This document shows, piece by piece, positions 44,451 through 54,668 of a DNA stretch of 64,000 nucleotides (position 1 is the first letter of the stretch; each line of letters begins with the position of its first letter). Origin of the DNA: an uncultured virus (IMG/VR IMGVR_UViG_2687453603_000006) (Duplodnaviria; Heunggongvirae; Uroviricota; Caudoviricetes); IMG/VR virus record IMGVR_UViG_2687453603_000006, one strand, 5' to 3'. The notes under the pieces were generated by a model. That model was not told the DNA's origin, did not search any database, and saw only the letters and a list, made by a program, of their open reading frames with translations. Both the position numbers and the translations under genes were made by a program.

Positions 44451-44702
44451 TTATTCTTTTGTCTTAGGATAATATTTATCATATTCACTAAAATAAGTTT
44501 GTAACCATTCTAATCTAATATTAGTTTCTTTTAGCTCAATATCTGATAAGAATGTGAGTAACTGAGTTATCTCTCCTAATAGAATTGCTGCTTCAATTGT
44601 TTCATTCATTTGTTTACTTCTTTTACTTAGCTTCCATGTTACTAACATATGCATTCTCTCTAGCTTATTAGAAACATTATATAGTAATTCTTGTTTGTTC
44701 AT
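44451..44702 (-). CDS. Hypothetical protein
   Basis: ORF with RBS. Confidence 0.6.
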   Translation of the reverse strand: MNKQELLYNVSNKLERMHMLVTWKLSKRSKQMNETIEAAILLGEITQLLTFLSDIELKETNIRLEWLQTYFSEYDKYYPKTKE

Positions 44703-44765
44703 AGTCTTTTCTCCTTATGTATTTTACAATTGGTTACAATCTTATATATGTTTTAATCAATATTA

Positions 44766-44954
44766 CTAACGTACTCGTTCCAATCTCTTATGATAAAAAG
44801 GTAGAAGATCATAGAAAAATCTGGCCTCTGTTTTGTAATAAAAATATTTCTTATGATACTTACCATTATTATCTAGCCATACTACATTCCATTCACTCAT
44901 GCTAAATGTATCTGTAAGCCCTCTAATTATTCCTAACATTTTCCAACACCTCAT
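44766..44954 (-). CDS. Hypothetical protein
   Basis: ORF downstream of a repeated element. Confidence 0.5.
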   Translation of the reverse strand: MRCWKMLGIIRGLTDTFSMSEWNVVWLDNNGKYHKKYFYYKTEARFFYDLLPFYHKRLERVR

Positions 44955-44975
44955 ATTTCTTTTTATATGTTATTT

Positions 44976-45209
44976 CTAATTATGTTTAGTAATTTGATTA
45001 ATTACATCTTTCATAGTTTTATCTTTTAGTTCATCAGACGTATATACTTTCATATCATGTGTTTCTACTTTAAGTGTCTCCTCATCATGATCAATATATA
45101 TCTCTAATGATCCATCTTTAAGATGAAACACTAGTTTATCTTCACTGATATCCATTCCTTTGTCAGATAATTTCTTTAAAGCTTGATTAATAAAATTTGG
45201 TTTACTCAT
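44976..45209 (-). CDS. Hypothetical protein
   Basis: ORF with RBS. Confidence 0.6.
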   Translation of the reverse strand: MSKPNFINQALKKLSDKGMDISEDKLVFHLKDGSLEIYIDHDEETLKVETHDMKVYTSDELKDKTMKDVINQITKHN

Positions 45210-45230
45210 TATATTTCTCTCCTATACAAC

Positions 45231-45455
45231 TTATTCTTTATTGTTTTCCTCTAGTTCAGTAATTCTATCTTCAATAAACATCATTACATCTTCATCAGAA
45301 TACAAATCGCTGTTTTTGTAAACTTCAATGATTTTATCTAACACTTCAGCTTTAAATTTAAATTCTTTTGCTTCTTTTAATAGTTTTTCGTGCTTTTCTT
45401 GAAGCTGATCTACTTCATTTTCTAATTGAATTCGTCTTCCTAATAATTTATCCAA
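45231..45455 (-). CDS. Coiled-coil hypothetical protein
   Basis: ORF in operon. Confidence 0.55.
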   Translation of the reverse strand: MDKLLGRRIQLENEVDQLQEKHEKLLKEAKEFKFKAEVLDKIIEVYKNSDLYSDEDVMMFIEDRITELEENNKE

Positions 45456-45460
45456 TATTA

Positions 45461-45808
45461 TTACTCCTCTTTATTCCACTTTGAGTTCTCTTTAAGAAGT
45501 CCAGATTTCTTCAACTCCTCATTTAAACAACGTTCATTTTCAAACCAGACTTTCGCTAAATATCTACCAAACGAGTCACTTTTATGTGACTGAATATAAA
45601 TATCTTTATTTTCTACACAACTTCTAGTAAACTGTGTTGCTTCCTTATAATTTGTTTGACTTCTCTCTGGAGTATCAACTCCAAGCAATCTCACTCTACG
45701 TTTTCCATATGTATTAAAACCAAAATCAATTACAATATCTAAAGTATCTCCATCTATTACTTTCGTGCATTTAGCTTTATATGTATAAAGGTGTTCTCCT
45801 ACTTTCAA
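45461..45808 (-). CDS. Thermonuclease (SNase) family protein
   Basis: VIDGDT, VRLLGVDTPE, DSFGRYLA. Confidence 0.88.
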   Translation of the reverse strand: MKVGEHLYTYKAKCTKVIDGDTLDIVIDFGFNTYGKRRVRLLGVDTPERSQTNYKEATQFTRSCVENKDIYIQSHKSDSFGRYLAKVWFENERCLNEELKKSGLLKENSKWNKEE

Positions 45809-46215
45809 CTTTCTCCCTCCAACAAATGCGGTGTCTCGTAAATATTCCCCACCACTTCAGCATGTTTAATTACTGCTCTCGGCTTTAAATCTCCAATCAC
45901 AAATGCCATTTCTTCTTCAATATATTCAACTACATATAAACCATTGATATCCATTCCTACTTTAATATTTAAATTATCAATATCTTTTGTCTGTAAAGGA
46001 TGATTATCGACTTTAACAATATCTCCTTGATAAATAGGTTGACCATTTTTATCAGTCTGAGCTGTTGGATATAACAATTTAAAATTTCTAACTAAAACTT
46101 TTTTCTCTCCATAAATTGAACCATCATTTGCTCTGATCCATTCGTCCTCAATATGTAAACTTTGAACAAACCACATTCTTTTCTCTTCTTCATCCCAAAC
46201 CTTCATTGGTAACAT
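45805..46215 (-). CDS. YopX-family protein
   Basis: KVWD, DKNGQPIYQGDIV, EVVGNIYETPHLL. Confidence 0.85.
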   Translation of the reverse strand: MLPMKVWDEEEKRMWFVQSLHIEDEWIRANDGSIYGEKKVLVRNFKLLYPTAQTDKNGQPIYQGDIVKVDNHPLQTKDIDNLNIKVGMDINGLYVVEYIEEEMAFVIGDLKPRAVIKHAEVVGNIYETPHLLEGES

Positions 46216-46254
46216 TTTTTATTCCCTCTCTTCTCAATTTAATATATGTATTTA

Positions 46255-46548
46255 CTATTCTTTTAGTTGATCAATATGTGCTTTTACTTCTTGAGGTGTC
46301 AAACCTTCTTTTGCTGGAACCCACGCTAACGTTCCATGACCACCAAAATGAGCAACTGTTTTTCCATTTGAAATAAACCATTCTGCTGCTGCACGCATTA
46401 CATCATTAGTAGCTATACGTCTATTGTTTGTGTCCATCGCTCCATCATCTTTTGTACGTGTCATGTAAATATCTCCAGTTATCGCTGCTACAACTAATTC
46501 TATATTTTCATATGCCATAATTATTTCACCAATTCTCCTTTTTTCCAT
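46255..46548 (-). CDS. Hypothetical phage protein
   Basis: ORF; probable start MAYENI. Confidence 0.6.
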   Translation of the reverse strand: MEKRRIGEIIMAYENIELVVAAITGDIYMTRTKDDGAMDTNNRRIATNDVMRAAAEWFISNGKTVAHFGGHGTLAWVPAKEGLTPQEVKAHIDQLKE

Positions 46549-46892
46549 ACTAATGTTAAATTTGTATCGTCTTCCATAAGATAAACAGTATCTTCTTTAT
46601 TTAAATCAATGTTTTCTATTCTTTCGTTTATTAATATTTCTGGTAACGTTCCGTCATATAATGTTAGAATTTTAGGAAGTAAAGTCTCTTCAGTTATTTC
46701 TTCTTCAGTCTCTATAATAAAAACATCTTCACTACTAACGCTTTCATATAGTTGAACAATTCCATACTGATCGAAATACACTGTATCTAAACCCTTAATA
46801 CTCTCATATCTCTTATCTTTGATGTTGTTGTCCCACGCCCAATTTATTAGTTCGTATAAATTCATTTCAATCTTTCTTTTTAGTTTAACCAT
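46521..46892 (-). CDS. Staphylococcal phage-type hypothetical protein (paralogue of next gene)
   Basis: EMNLYELINW, F.IETEEEITE.T, LVWKKGEL. Confidence 0.7.
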   Translation of the reverse strand: MVKLKRKIEMNLYELINWAWDNNIKDKRYESIKGLDTVYFDQYGIVQLYESVSSEDVFIIETEEEITEETLLPKILTLYDGTLPEILINERIENIDLNKEDTVYLMEDDTNLTLVWKKGELVK

Positions 46893-46894
46893 AA

Positions 46895-47332
46895 TTATTC
46901 ACCTATAATTTTTCCATTTTTCCAAATCAAGATATGTTCTCCATCTTCTTTAACTAGATGAAATGTTTTTACTAATGAAATAACTTCATCATCTAAAACT
47001 TCTTTAATACTTGTGTTTTCATAAATCTCTGAGTAAGTATTAGTTTCCGTGAAATTAGTATAGACTTGTAATAATACTGGTATAACTGTATTTTCACTAA
47101 TTACCTCTTCAGTTTCTACAATAAAAATATCTTTATCTGTAACACCTTCATCAATTCTTACGCCATGTCCATCGGTACTAAATTGAACAGAACTTCTTTC
47201 CATAGTGCCTAATCTTGTTTCGGAAATAAAAGTTTTACTTTCAACTTTTTTTGTATTATTGAAACCCCACTCAATCAATTCTGGTAATGTCATTTCCTTT
47301 TTAGTTACTACTTTTTGCATAATATGTATCAC
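46895..47332 (-). CDS. Staphylococcal phage-type hypothetical protein (paralogue of previous gene)
   Basis: EMTLPELIEW, FIVETEEVISENT, LIWKNGKI. Confidence 0.7.
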   Translation of the reverse strand: MIHIMQKVVTKKEMTLPELIEWGFNNTKKVESKTFISETRLGTMERSSVQFSTDGHGVRIDEGVTDKDIFIVETEEVISENTVIPVLLQVYTNFTETNTYSEIYENTSIKEVLDDEVISLVKTFHLVKEDGEHILIWKNGKIIGE

Positions 47333-47495
47333 TCCTATTTATTTTTAAAATACCTCTTATATGAATAAGGTAGACAATCGTGAAAGTATTTCGCTTTTGC
47401 TTTACTGGTAAAAACTTCTTCATGTAATATCATTGTTTGATCATCTAAGTAAATCACCTTATATTTCATTTAATCACCTTTTATATGTTATTTCT

Positions 47496-47771
47496 TTAGT
47501 CTTCATATAATTCTTTAATTTTAATTGTTAACCTCAAAAAATCATAATCATTCTCTATATCATATGGTAAATCAATTTCTTCCATCACATTTTCAACTAA
47601 TGAAACTGAAGGTGGATCATCAAAACCATAATTTCCCCAACTAACCGTTACTTCTTTTTCGCAACCGGCAATTTCTTCTTTAATTTCTCCTACAATTTTT
47701 TGTTTAACCTCGTTATATTTATTTAAGCCTTTAGAATGTGCATACTCTCTTAAATCATCTTTGATACTCAT
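47496..47771 (-). CDS. Hypothetical protein
   Basis: ORF with RBS. Confidence 0.6.
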   Translation of the reverse strand: MSIKDDLREYAHSKGLNKYNEVKQKIVGEIKEEIAGCEKEVTVSWGNYGFDDPPSVSLVENVMEEIDLPYDIENDYDFLRLTIKIKELYED

Positions 47772-47783
47772 CTTTATTTCCTC

Positions 47784-48002
47784 CTAATTGTTTATCTTAG
47801 TCGCACTAAGTAAACTTTTTAATTTTTGTTTTTCATCTTCAAGTAATGACCAAGCAAACTCTAAAGATTGTATTCTCATATAATTTTTGCTTCCTACTTC
47901 ATATTTATTTTCTTTTTCTAACATCTCATGAATAGCTTGTTTAGCCTCATCATGCATTAAAATAACGTCCATTATTTCCATATGATCACTCCTATTTAAC
48001 AA
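47784..48002 (-). CDS. Hypothetical protein
   Basis: ORF in operon. Confidence 0.55.
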   Translation of the reverse strand: MLNRSDHMEIMDVILMHDEAKQAIHEMLEKENKYEVGSKNYMRIQSLEFAWSLLEDEKQKLKSLLSATKINN

Positions 48003-49029
48003 AACCTTCAGTATTTATAAACTCTGTTAAAGCACTATCACTCATTAATGCCATATCAATAATGTAAAAGTCTTCTCCATTTTTCATAATATCAATTGAA
48101 TATTGACCTTCTAAATCAATGTTTTCAATTAATTTACTGATTTCTTTTTGCAGTTTGTTTACATGTTTATTGTATTCATAGTTTAACTTTTCTTCTTGTG
48201 ATAAATAAGTGAGATAGTCTCTTCTCATTTGTTCATCACTCATACGTTTTAAATGATTTTTCAGTAGAACTGGGTGCCAGTATGGTGCAGTACCTATAAC
48301 TTCATTTGTATCAAAATCAACAAATGTACGATATTCTGTTCTAAGTGGCATTCCATTATAAATTGTAGGGTTTTCTTCTACGTCTTCTATGTATTCTCTT
48401 GCTACAATATCAACACTCATTCCCGCTCCAACTTCCATAGCAAAATTGTTGATCACTTGGAAATACTCTCCCATCTCTAATGGTTCAGTACATCTTGCAT
48501 TATGATATTGAAACTTCGAACTAAATGTTCCTGTTTTTATAAAATATGTTTTATCTTCTTCCAACTCTAATAACTTAAATATTATTTGATTAAAAATTTC
48601 TCGTGACTCTTGAGTAGTGTCTTGATAATCTAATCTAATAAATTGAGCTAACTCTACTGGTAATCTCTCTACTTTTGTTTTAGGTACTTTGAAGAAATCT
48701 TGTTGATCAATTGCTTGTTTAAGTTTAGGAAACCAATTGTAAAGTGAGTTTTTATTATCACAAAACTCTTCATACAATTCATCATCTAATGAAGCAACTG
48801 ATTTCATTCTGGAAGATAAATGATAGAACTTTTCTTCTCCTGTATTTTTATATCGCTCTTCCATCTCTCTCATCATTTCTCTAAATTCTGCGTCCATACC
48901 ATACTGTTGCGATGTTCCTCTTGCAAATTGGATCGGCATTTCTTTTAGTAATGAATGTTGTTGCTTTAGTTCTTTTTGATTTTCAGATTGAAATAGCTGC
49001 AATTCTTGTTTTGTAGGATAATAGCCCAC
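47992..49029 (-). CDS. ATP-grasp-like protein
   Basis: YFIKTG..SSK, AREYIE, EYRTFV, SIDIM...FYIID motifs. Confidence 0.6.
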   Translation of the reverse strand: MGYYPTKQELQLFQSENQKELKQQHSLLKEMPIQFARGTSQQYGMDAEFREMMREMEERYKNTGEEKFYHLSSRMKSVASLDDELYEEFCDNKNSLYNWFPKLKQAIDQQDFFKVPKTKVERLPVELAQFIRLDYQDTTQESREIFNQIIFKLLELEEDKTYFIKTGTFSSKFQYHNARCTEPLEMGEYFQVINNFAMEVGAGMSVDIVAREYIEDVEENPTIYNGMPLRTEYRTFVDFDTNEVIGTAPYWHPVLLKNHLKRMSDEQMRRDYLTYLSQEEKLNYEYNKHVNKLQKEISKLIENIDLEGQYSIDIMKNGEDFYIIDMALMSDSALTEFINTEGFVK

Positions 49030-49285
49030 TTTAACCGCCTCCTTTTCTTAACTACGTTTATTATATTTTATTTCTTTTTAGGCTTCAATACTTTTTTGAT
49101 TTTTTATAATTTATTTTTAATACCTATATTCACCTCCATTTATTGATTTTATATTCTGCATATTATACAATTGTATAGGCTTTTCTCCTCTCGCATTTTA
49201 TCCTCTTTTATTGTGTAGTTACTATTAAAAGTACATATAATGTGAGGCTTGCTCTGACTGATAACTTAACTGTTCTCAGTCTTTT

Positions 49286-50023
49286 TTATTTTGCTACTTT
49301 GACCTTTTTATCTGAATAATGTTTTCTTAAATTCCATTCATATTCTTCAATGGTATTATCCAAGTGCATTAAATAGATATTACTATTTTCAAATAATTCA
49401 ACGATTTGCTCTAGATTTTCTAAAGAATTTTCATGAACTGGACTATTATTTAATGAGAAATCAAGATAAATGCTACTTACATTTTTATAAATCATACTAA
49501 TAAACATTTCTTTTAAGTCGTCATAATTGTTTATATCACCAGAATAAATCAATTGACGATCATTCTCTGTTTCTTCTAATACAACCGCAAATGCTTTCAA
49601 TGTATCTACATGATTTACTTCATAAAATGTTATATTAATAATCTCATCTATATCTAAAGTATTATTATGATGGCTATGTATATTAAACATCTCATTGGTA
49701 ACTCCACTAGCTAATAAGATTGTGATAAGTGAACTCTCAATTTCTTTGGCACAAAAGATATCCAATTTATTTCCTAAAGCAAAGTAACTGTATTCTACAA
49801 ATGTACCGACACTACCAATGTGATCGGTATGTGTATGAGTAATGATTAAATTAATAGTTTTGCTTAAATCTAATTTTCTTCTTAGAATTTCATTAAATAC
49901 TGTTGATCCACAGTCAATAATGTAGATACTATCGTCACTTTCAAAATACCCTGATGTGTTACCATACTCAACTGAGTTAAAAGCTGAGCCGAAACCTAAC
50001 ATTTCTAATTTAAAATCTTCCAT
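49286..50023 (-). CDS. Metallo-beta-lactamase-fold hydrolase (Apyc1-like candidate)
   Basis: LGFGSAF, IDCG, THTHTDH, VNH, YSGD, VH, LMH. Confidence 0.85.
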   Translation of the reverse strand: MEDFKLEMLGFGSAFNSVEYGNTSGYFESDDSIYIIDCGSTVFNEILRRKLDLSKTINLIITHTHTDHIGSVGTFVEYSYFALGNKLDIFCAKEIESSLITILLASGVTNEMFNIHSHHNNTLDIDEIINITFYEVNHVDTLKAFAVVLEETENDRQLIYSGDINNYDDLKEMFISMIYKNVSSIYLDFSLNNSPVHENSLENLEQIVELFENSNIYLMHLDNTIEEYEWNLRKHYSDKKVKVAK

Positions 50024-50128
50024 AGTAATTTACCTCTTCTTTATAGTATCTTGTTGATTAGTAATTCTATAATTAGTATAAAGTAAACTTCTATAAAATA
50101 CAATATGTTTTTATATTTTATTTCTTAA

Positions 50129-50155
50129 TAAAAAAAAGAGTGGTTTCCCCACTCT
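50129..50155 (-). terminator. Intrinsic terminator after replication operon
   Basis: AGAGTGG/CCACTCT stem followed by U-run on - strand. Confidence 0.7.
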
Positions 50156-50216
50156 CTAAACTTTTAGACTATTAAATTCCGTATTTGAAGACTACTTTAT
50201 TCAAAAAGTTAAATTA

Positions 50217-51983
50217 TTAAAATGGTAACTCATCTTCACATAAATAATTCTCAACATGATCCTTTGCGTCACTAATTGAGTATTCTTCAATCATTAATTG
50301 AGGAGTATTCATCCCTCTAAATGAGTTTACACTCGCTGTGCAAATCAAGTCAAAGTACATAATATCTGGTGCAGTAACGATTTCATTCTTTTGTTCTTCT
50401 TTAAGGAAAAACTTAACACAATCAATTCCATTGACATTAATTTTCAGTGTATTACCAGTTTTACCAATTAATTTTATATTTTCTTTTCTAACTAAAATAT
50501 TTTTTAAACGAATTAATGGTTCATCAATTCCATTACACCACATATCTTTATTGTTAGCTAAGGTATGAATAATATTGCTATCTAAGTTATTTGTCCATTG
50601 AAAGTCCGCTTCATACTCAATATCAGATAAGTTAACATCTATAAGTTCACTTTCAATAGCTTTTAAAACTTCTAAAGCGTCTGATACATGAAACTCTACA
50701 CCAAAAGCATTGGCATGGCCTTTACAAGTGAATAAACCTGTATCAGTTAACATTTTATTTAAATCTGGAATAGGACTATTATTTATATTACGACCTGAAC
50801 CTTTAAAGTATTCCCCTATTCTTTTAACCATTAGCACTGGTCTACCATATTCTCTAGCTAATTTCATAGCAATTAAACCATTTAAACCATTATTTTCAAC
50901 AATACCAGTTGAATTAACAATTAAGATTTTATGCTTATCTGATCCTTTTTCTTTAATGCGTTCTTTAATCTTATCTAATACTTCATTTTCTTGTTTCTTT
51001 TGTCTACGTTTAACTGCCATAGCACGTAGATAGGCTTCTTCACTTATATGTAAGTCCATTTTCTTACGTTTATTATGTATAGTATAATCAAATTCGCACA
51101 TACCATGAATTACTTGTGTTAACTCATCTTGTGTTCCCATTCTAAATACTGCATTGATTGTTGGTGCTACATTGAAACCAATATCTTTAGCATTTAAATC
51201 GACACCTTGCTCAAGATTACTACTTTTATTAATAATCATTTTTAACATTAAACTATCAATATTTTCTTTTCTTAAACCATCTCTCATCATATAGTATGCA
51301 CCTAAATCATGAGCAAAGTTTGCCCTATCCGCAACTAAACCAATTGCAGCTAAGTCTTTTAAGTTTACTGTTAAATCTGTTCCTAAAAGCTCACAATAAG
51401 CTACACAGAATAAATATGTCATTGCTGAACCAGTTAAAGCTTTGTTTTCAAATTCATCACTTAATTGGTTGTTTATAATAATAGCTTTACTATCTTTGTT
51501 TTTTGGTGCTAAGTGATGATCAATAACTAATGTATTAATACCTTTATTATATAATTCTTCGTGTTGCTCAAAGTCTGAAGACGCTGAGTCTGGAGTAATC
51601 AATATATCCCCACTTGTCATTCCATGTTCTAATACTCTTTCAATATTAATACCATGAGACTTATTTAGTGGAGGAATAACAATAATACGCTCTTTATCAA
51701 ATTGTAACTGTTTAGTTAAGAATTTATACATTATTGAGCCACTAGCTAAACCATCTTGGTCAGCGTCAATTAATATACCAATCTTAGCATTGTCATCATC
51801 AATCTTACTCTTTAACGATTTAACGCCTTCTTCAATATCTTCTAATTTCTTCCAATCTGGTTGCAATTCTTCAGTTGGGCTTATATATTTCTCATAATCT
51901 TCTTCCTTAATACCTCTATTAGATAAAATATACTCAAGAGGATCAAGGTTCGGAGTATACTCTCCTTTAAGCTTTACTTTCAT
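50217..51983 (-). CDS. recJ: RecJ-like DHH ssDNA exonuclease
   Basis: DADQDG, TPD, IDHH, GLVAD, GSGR, GHANAFG. Confidence 0.9.
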   Translation of the reverse strand: MKVKLKGEYTPNLDPLEYILSNRGIKEEDYEKYISPTEELQPDWKKLEDIEEGVKSLKSKIDDDNAKIGILIDADQDGLASGSIMYKFLTKQLQFDKERIIVIPPLNKSHGINIERVLEHGMTSGDILITPDSASSDFEQHEELYNKGINTLVIDHHLAPKNKDSKAIIINNQLSDEFENKALTGSAMTYLFCVAYCELLGTDLTVNLKDLAAIGLVADRANFAHDLGAYYMMRDGLRKENIDSLMLKMIINKSSNLEQGVDLNAKDIGFNVAPTINAVFRMGTQDELTQVIHGMCEFDYTIHNKRKKMDLHISEEAYLRAMAVKRRQKKQENEVLDKIKERIKEKGSDKHKILIVNSTGIVENNGLNGLIAMKLAREYGRPVLMVKRIGEYFKGSGRNINNSPIPDLNKMLTDTGLFTCKGHANAFGVEFHVSDALEVLKAIESELIDVNLSDIEYEADFQWTNNLDSNIIHTLANNKDMWCNGIDEPLIRLKNILVRKENIKLIGKTGNTLKINVNGIDCVKFFLKEEQKNEIVTAPDIMYFDLICTASVNSFRGMNTPQLMIEEYSISDAKDHVENYLCEDELPF

Positions 51984-51985
51984 TA

Positions 51986-53107
51986 CTAGTCCTCATTTCT
52001 AATTTGTTTTAAAGTTAAAATATGTTTATCCACTTTCATCATCTCTTCTAATTCACTCTTAGTAGCGTCTAAAGGACTATCTTTATAATTCAAGACACTG
52101 TTAGTATCTGTTAGATGATAAGTTTGAATATAGGGAGCAAAAAGCTTTCCTATTTTCTTAACTTTCTTCATATACTCATCGAACTCTGGTGTATCTACTT
52201 GCATATATTCTTTATCAATAGCAATAATCACTTCTTCAATACCAAGATTTAATAATAATTCGGCTTGATATTTACTCATGTTACTGCCACAAATAGCTAC
52301 AACAAAATTATCCTCTCCATAAAAAGTATCAGAAAATAGGCAAGATTTTTCTCCTTCTACAATCATTGCTTTCTTTCGTTGAATGATTGCTTCTTTATTT
52401 TGATATAAACCATATAAAGCATATCCTAAGGGATGGTTATAACCTGTATCATTTATATAAGTTGGTATGTATTTTGCTTTTTTAACGAATTCTTTATCCC
52501 AATTTCGACTTCTTATTCCAATAAGATTACCCTCATGATCGTGATGAGGGATAACCGTTTGAAACATTTCTGGGTAGAATTTTATTTGATATTTTTCCAT
52601 TGTTTCTAAACTTATCCCAGCTTGATACCAAGCTTTAGGATAAATTTCATCAAAATATGTAAGTATTCTTTCATTATGTATCTTCAATTGAGGTTGTACT
52701 TTTTCTTTTTTCTGTATTTTGTTCAACCAGTCCCAATCATGTATCTTTTTAACACTCTTTTGTATACCTTTAACCTTGCTAGTCAGATTAATGTTAATTT
52801 CAAGTATTTTTCCTAAAGTTGTAATACAATCAATAAATGAATGAGCTTTCCCTTCCATTTTTAACCGCTTCTCTATTAGTGTGAATACATCGAATGATCC
52901 ACAACCTGTATAACAGTGAAACAATTGAGTTTCTGGATAATAGTACAATTTATGTGAACCACCTGTTTTATTGTGACAGATAGTTTCGGCTATTATTTCA
53001 CCATTTTTCCCTTCAGTTCCTTCTGCGTTATAATACGCTAATACTTTTTCGATATCATGATTAGTTAGTGATGATTTGAATTTATCTTTATCAAACATGA
53101 TAACCAC
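51986..53107 (-). CDS. DNA primase (Zn finger + TOPRIM)
   Basis: CH...HCYTGC, VEGEK, IAIDKE. Confidence 0.85.
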   Translation of the reverse strand: MVIMFDKDKFKSSLTNHDIEKVLAYYNAEGTEGKNGEIIAETICHNKTGGSHKLYYYPETQLFHCYTGCGSFDVFTLIEKRLKMEGKAHSFIDCITTLGKILEININLTSKVKGIQKSVKKIHDWDWLNKIQKKEKVQPQLKIHNERILTYFDEIYPKAWYQAGISLETMEKYQIKFYPEMFQTVIPHHDHEGNLIGIRSRNWDKEFVKKAKYIPTYINDTGYNHPLGYALYGLYQNKEAIIQRKKAMIVEGEKSCLFSDTFYGEDNFVVAICGSNMSKYQAELLLNLGIEEVIIAIDKEYMQVDTPEFDEYMKKVKKIGKLFAPYIQTYHLTDTNSVLNYKDSPLDATKSELEEMMKVDKHILTLKQIRNED

Positions 53108-53114
53108 CTTCTAA

Positions 53115-54647
53115 CTAAAATGGTAATGCTTCTTCTACTTTTAACTCTCGCTCTGGAACATTTAATAACTCATCGTTATCATTAGTCATGAATAAATCTT
53201 CCATTCGCATTGTGTCAAAATCTATGTATAAATATAATTTTCCTTTAAACTTAGAATGTCGGTTTTTGTATATGTGCCAAATCATATTAGGTTTCTTCTT
53301 AATACCTTTAGCTAAGAATTTTTCTATTACCTTATCGTCTTCTTTAGTTGGTCTAGTCATAATACAAGCCTTTGTAAATTTATCGGCCATATTCTTTGCA
53401 CCACGTAAAACGTTTTGGTCAAGTTTCTTACTATGTTGAATTTCTCCACTAACTTGAGTAGACGTAGACAAATGGAAATTATATTCTTTTGCTAATTCCG
53501 CCAAACCAGCAGCAAAGATACCTAAAATCATATCTTCACGAGTAGTCATTCCTCTTGTTTTACTAGCGATGTCCATCATAATTTGGAAGTTCAAGTGAAT
53601 ATAATCAAAGAATACATAATCAACATCATACTGTAATGCATACTTTTTAATGATAGTGTTGATTGTGGTAGGATCAAACTTAGGTACATATTCAATATAG
53701 AATGTTTGGCACTCGTTTAAGTCCTTAATAGACTGCTCAACAATTCCAACTTCTTCATTCGTTAAATCAAAATCACGAATTCTCTCTTCTTTTACACCAG
53801 ATATATAAGCCCATATTGTCGGTTCTAGCTCATCTTGTTCCATCTCTGTTGTTATGTATAATACTTTCTCAGCTTTACCTTTATCTTCCCACTGTTCAGT
53901 TTCCCAGTTATACCAACGATTAATAGCTAAATCAGTTGCTTCTCCTAAAGATGTTCTTGATTTAAATGTATTGGTAGCAGCTGAACGTAACATAGAAGCA
54001 CCTAATAGATTACCTCTAAAAATACTATTTTGAAGTTTTCCACAGGTTGTTACACCATATTGAGCAGCATTTTTAAACGAGTGGAATAAATCAATACCAT
54101 TTTCACCAGCAAAACCTCCATCAGTTTCATAACCGATTTTAAATTTACTAGCAAAATCATTCACTATTCTTTCATAGTGATCAATAATGTCATCAACTGA
54201 CATCTTTTCAAATCTCATTTGGAATGCCTCATTCTCTTCTCTATTGTCTGAGACTTCATATACACCTTCTAACGAGAAACCTTTGTCTACTACATCTCTA
54301 AGTAATGAAAACTTTCTTATTCTTGAAGCGTAACGATGGTATGAGTCAGTGTTAGCTAACGTCTCTTCTATACTGTATAAGAAATCAATACCATCATTCT
54401 CATTGTAAATTTCGTATAAGTTATCATAATGACTTAAAAACTCATCTATATTTGCTGGAGTAATTGTAGTTAGTCCATCTTGATATAAATTATAAATTGC
54501 AGCAAAGATAACTTGGTAAAACTTGGTTTCACCTTTTATGTAAAAATCACTTCTATCTAACTTGATAGAATTACTTTCTAATAATTCTGGCTCTTTCATT
54601 AAACAAGCTAATGCACTACATATAGCTTTGGTTGGAAACAAGTTCAT
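53115..54647 (-). CDS. DnaB-like replicative helicase
   Basis: AATNTFKS (variant Walker A), TTEM, FFDYIH, STQ, KNR. Confidence 0.85.
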   Translation of the reverse strand: MNLFPTKAICSALACLMKEPELLESNSIKLDRSDFYIKGETKFYQVIFAAIYNLYQDGLTTITPANIDEFLSHYDNLYEIYNENDGIDFLYSIEETLANTDSYHRYASRIRKFSLLRDVVDKGFSLEGVYEVSDNREENEAFQMRFEKMSVDDIIDHYERIVNDFASKFKIGYETDGGFAGENGIDLFHSFKNAAQYGVTTCGKLQNSIFRGNLLGASMLRSAATNTFKSRTSLGEATDLAINRWYNWETEQWEDKGKAEKVLYITTEMEQDELEPTIWAYISGVKEERIRDFDLTNEEVGIVEQSIKDLNECQTFYIEYVPKFDPTTINTIIKKYALQYDVDYVFFDYIHLNFQIMMDIASKTRGMTTREDMILGIFAAGLAELAKEYNFHLSTSTQVSGEIQHSKKLDQNVLRGAKNMADKFTKACIMTRPTKEDDKVIEKFLAKGIKKKPNMIWHIYKNRHSKFKGKLYLYIDFDTMRMEDLFMTNDNDELLNVPERELKVEEALPF

Positions 54648-54668
54648 ATTTTCATATCCACCACTTTC

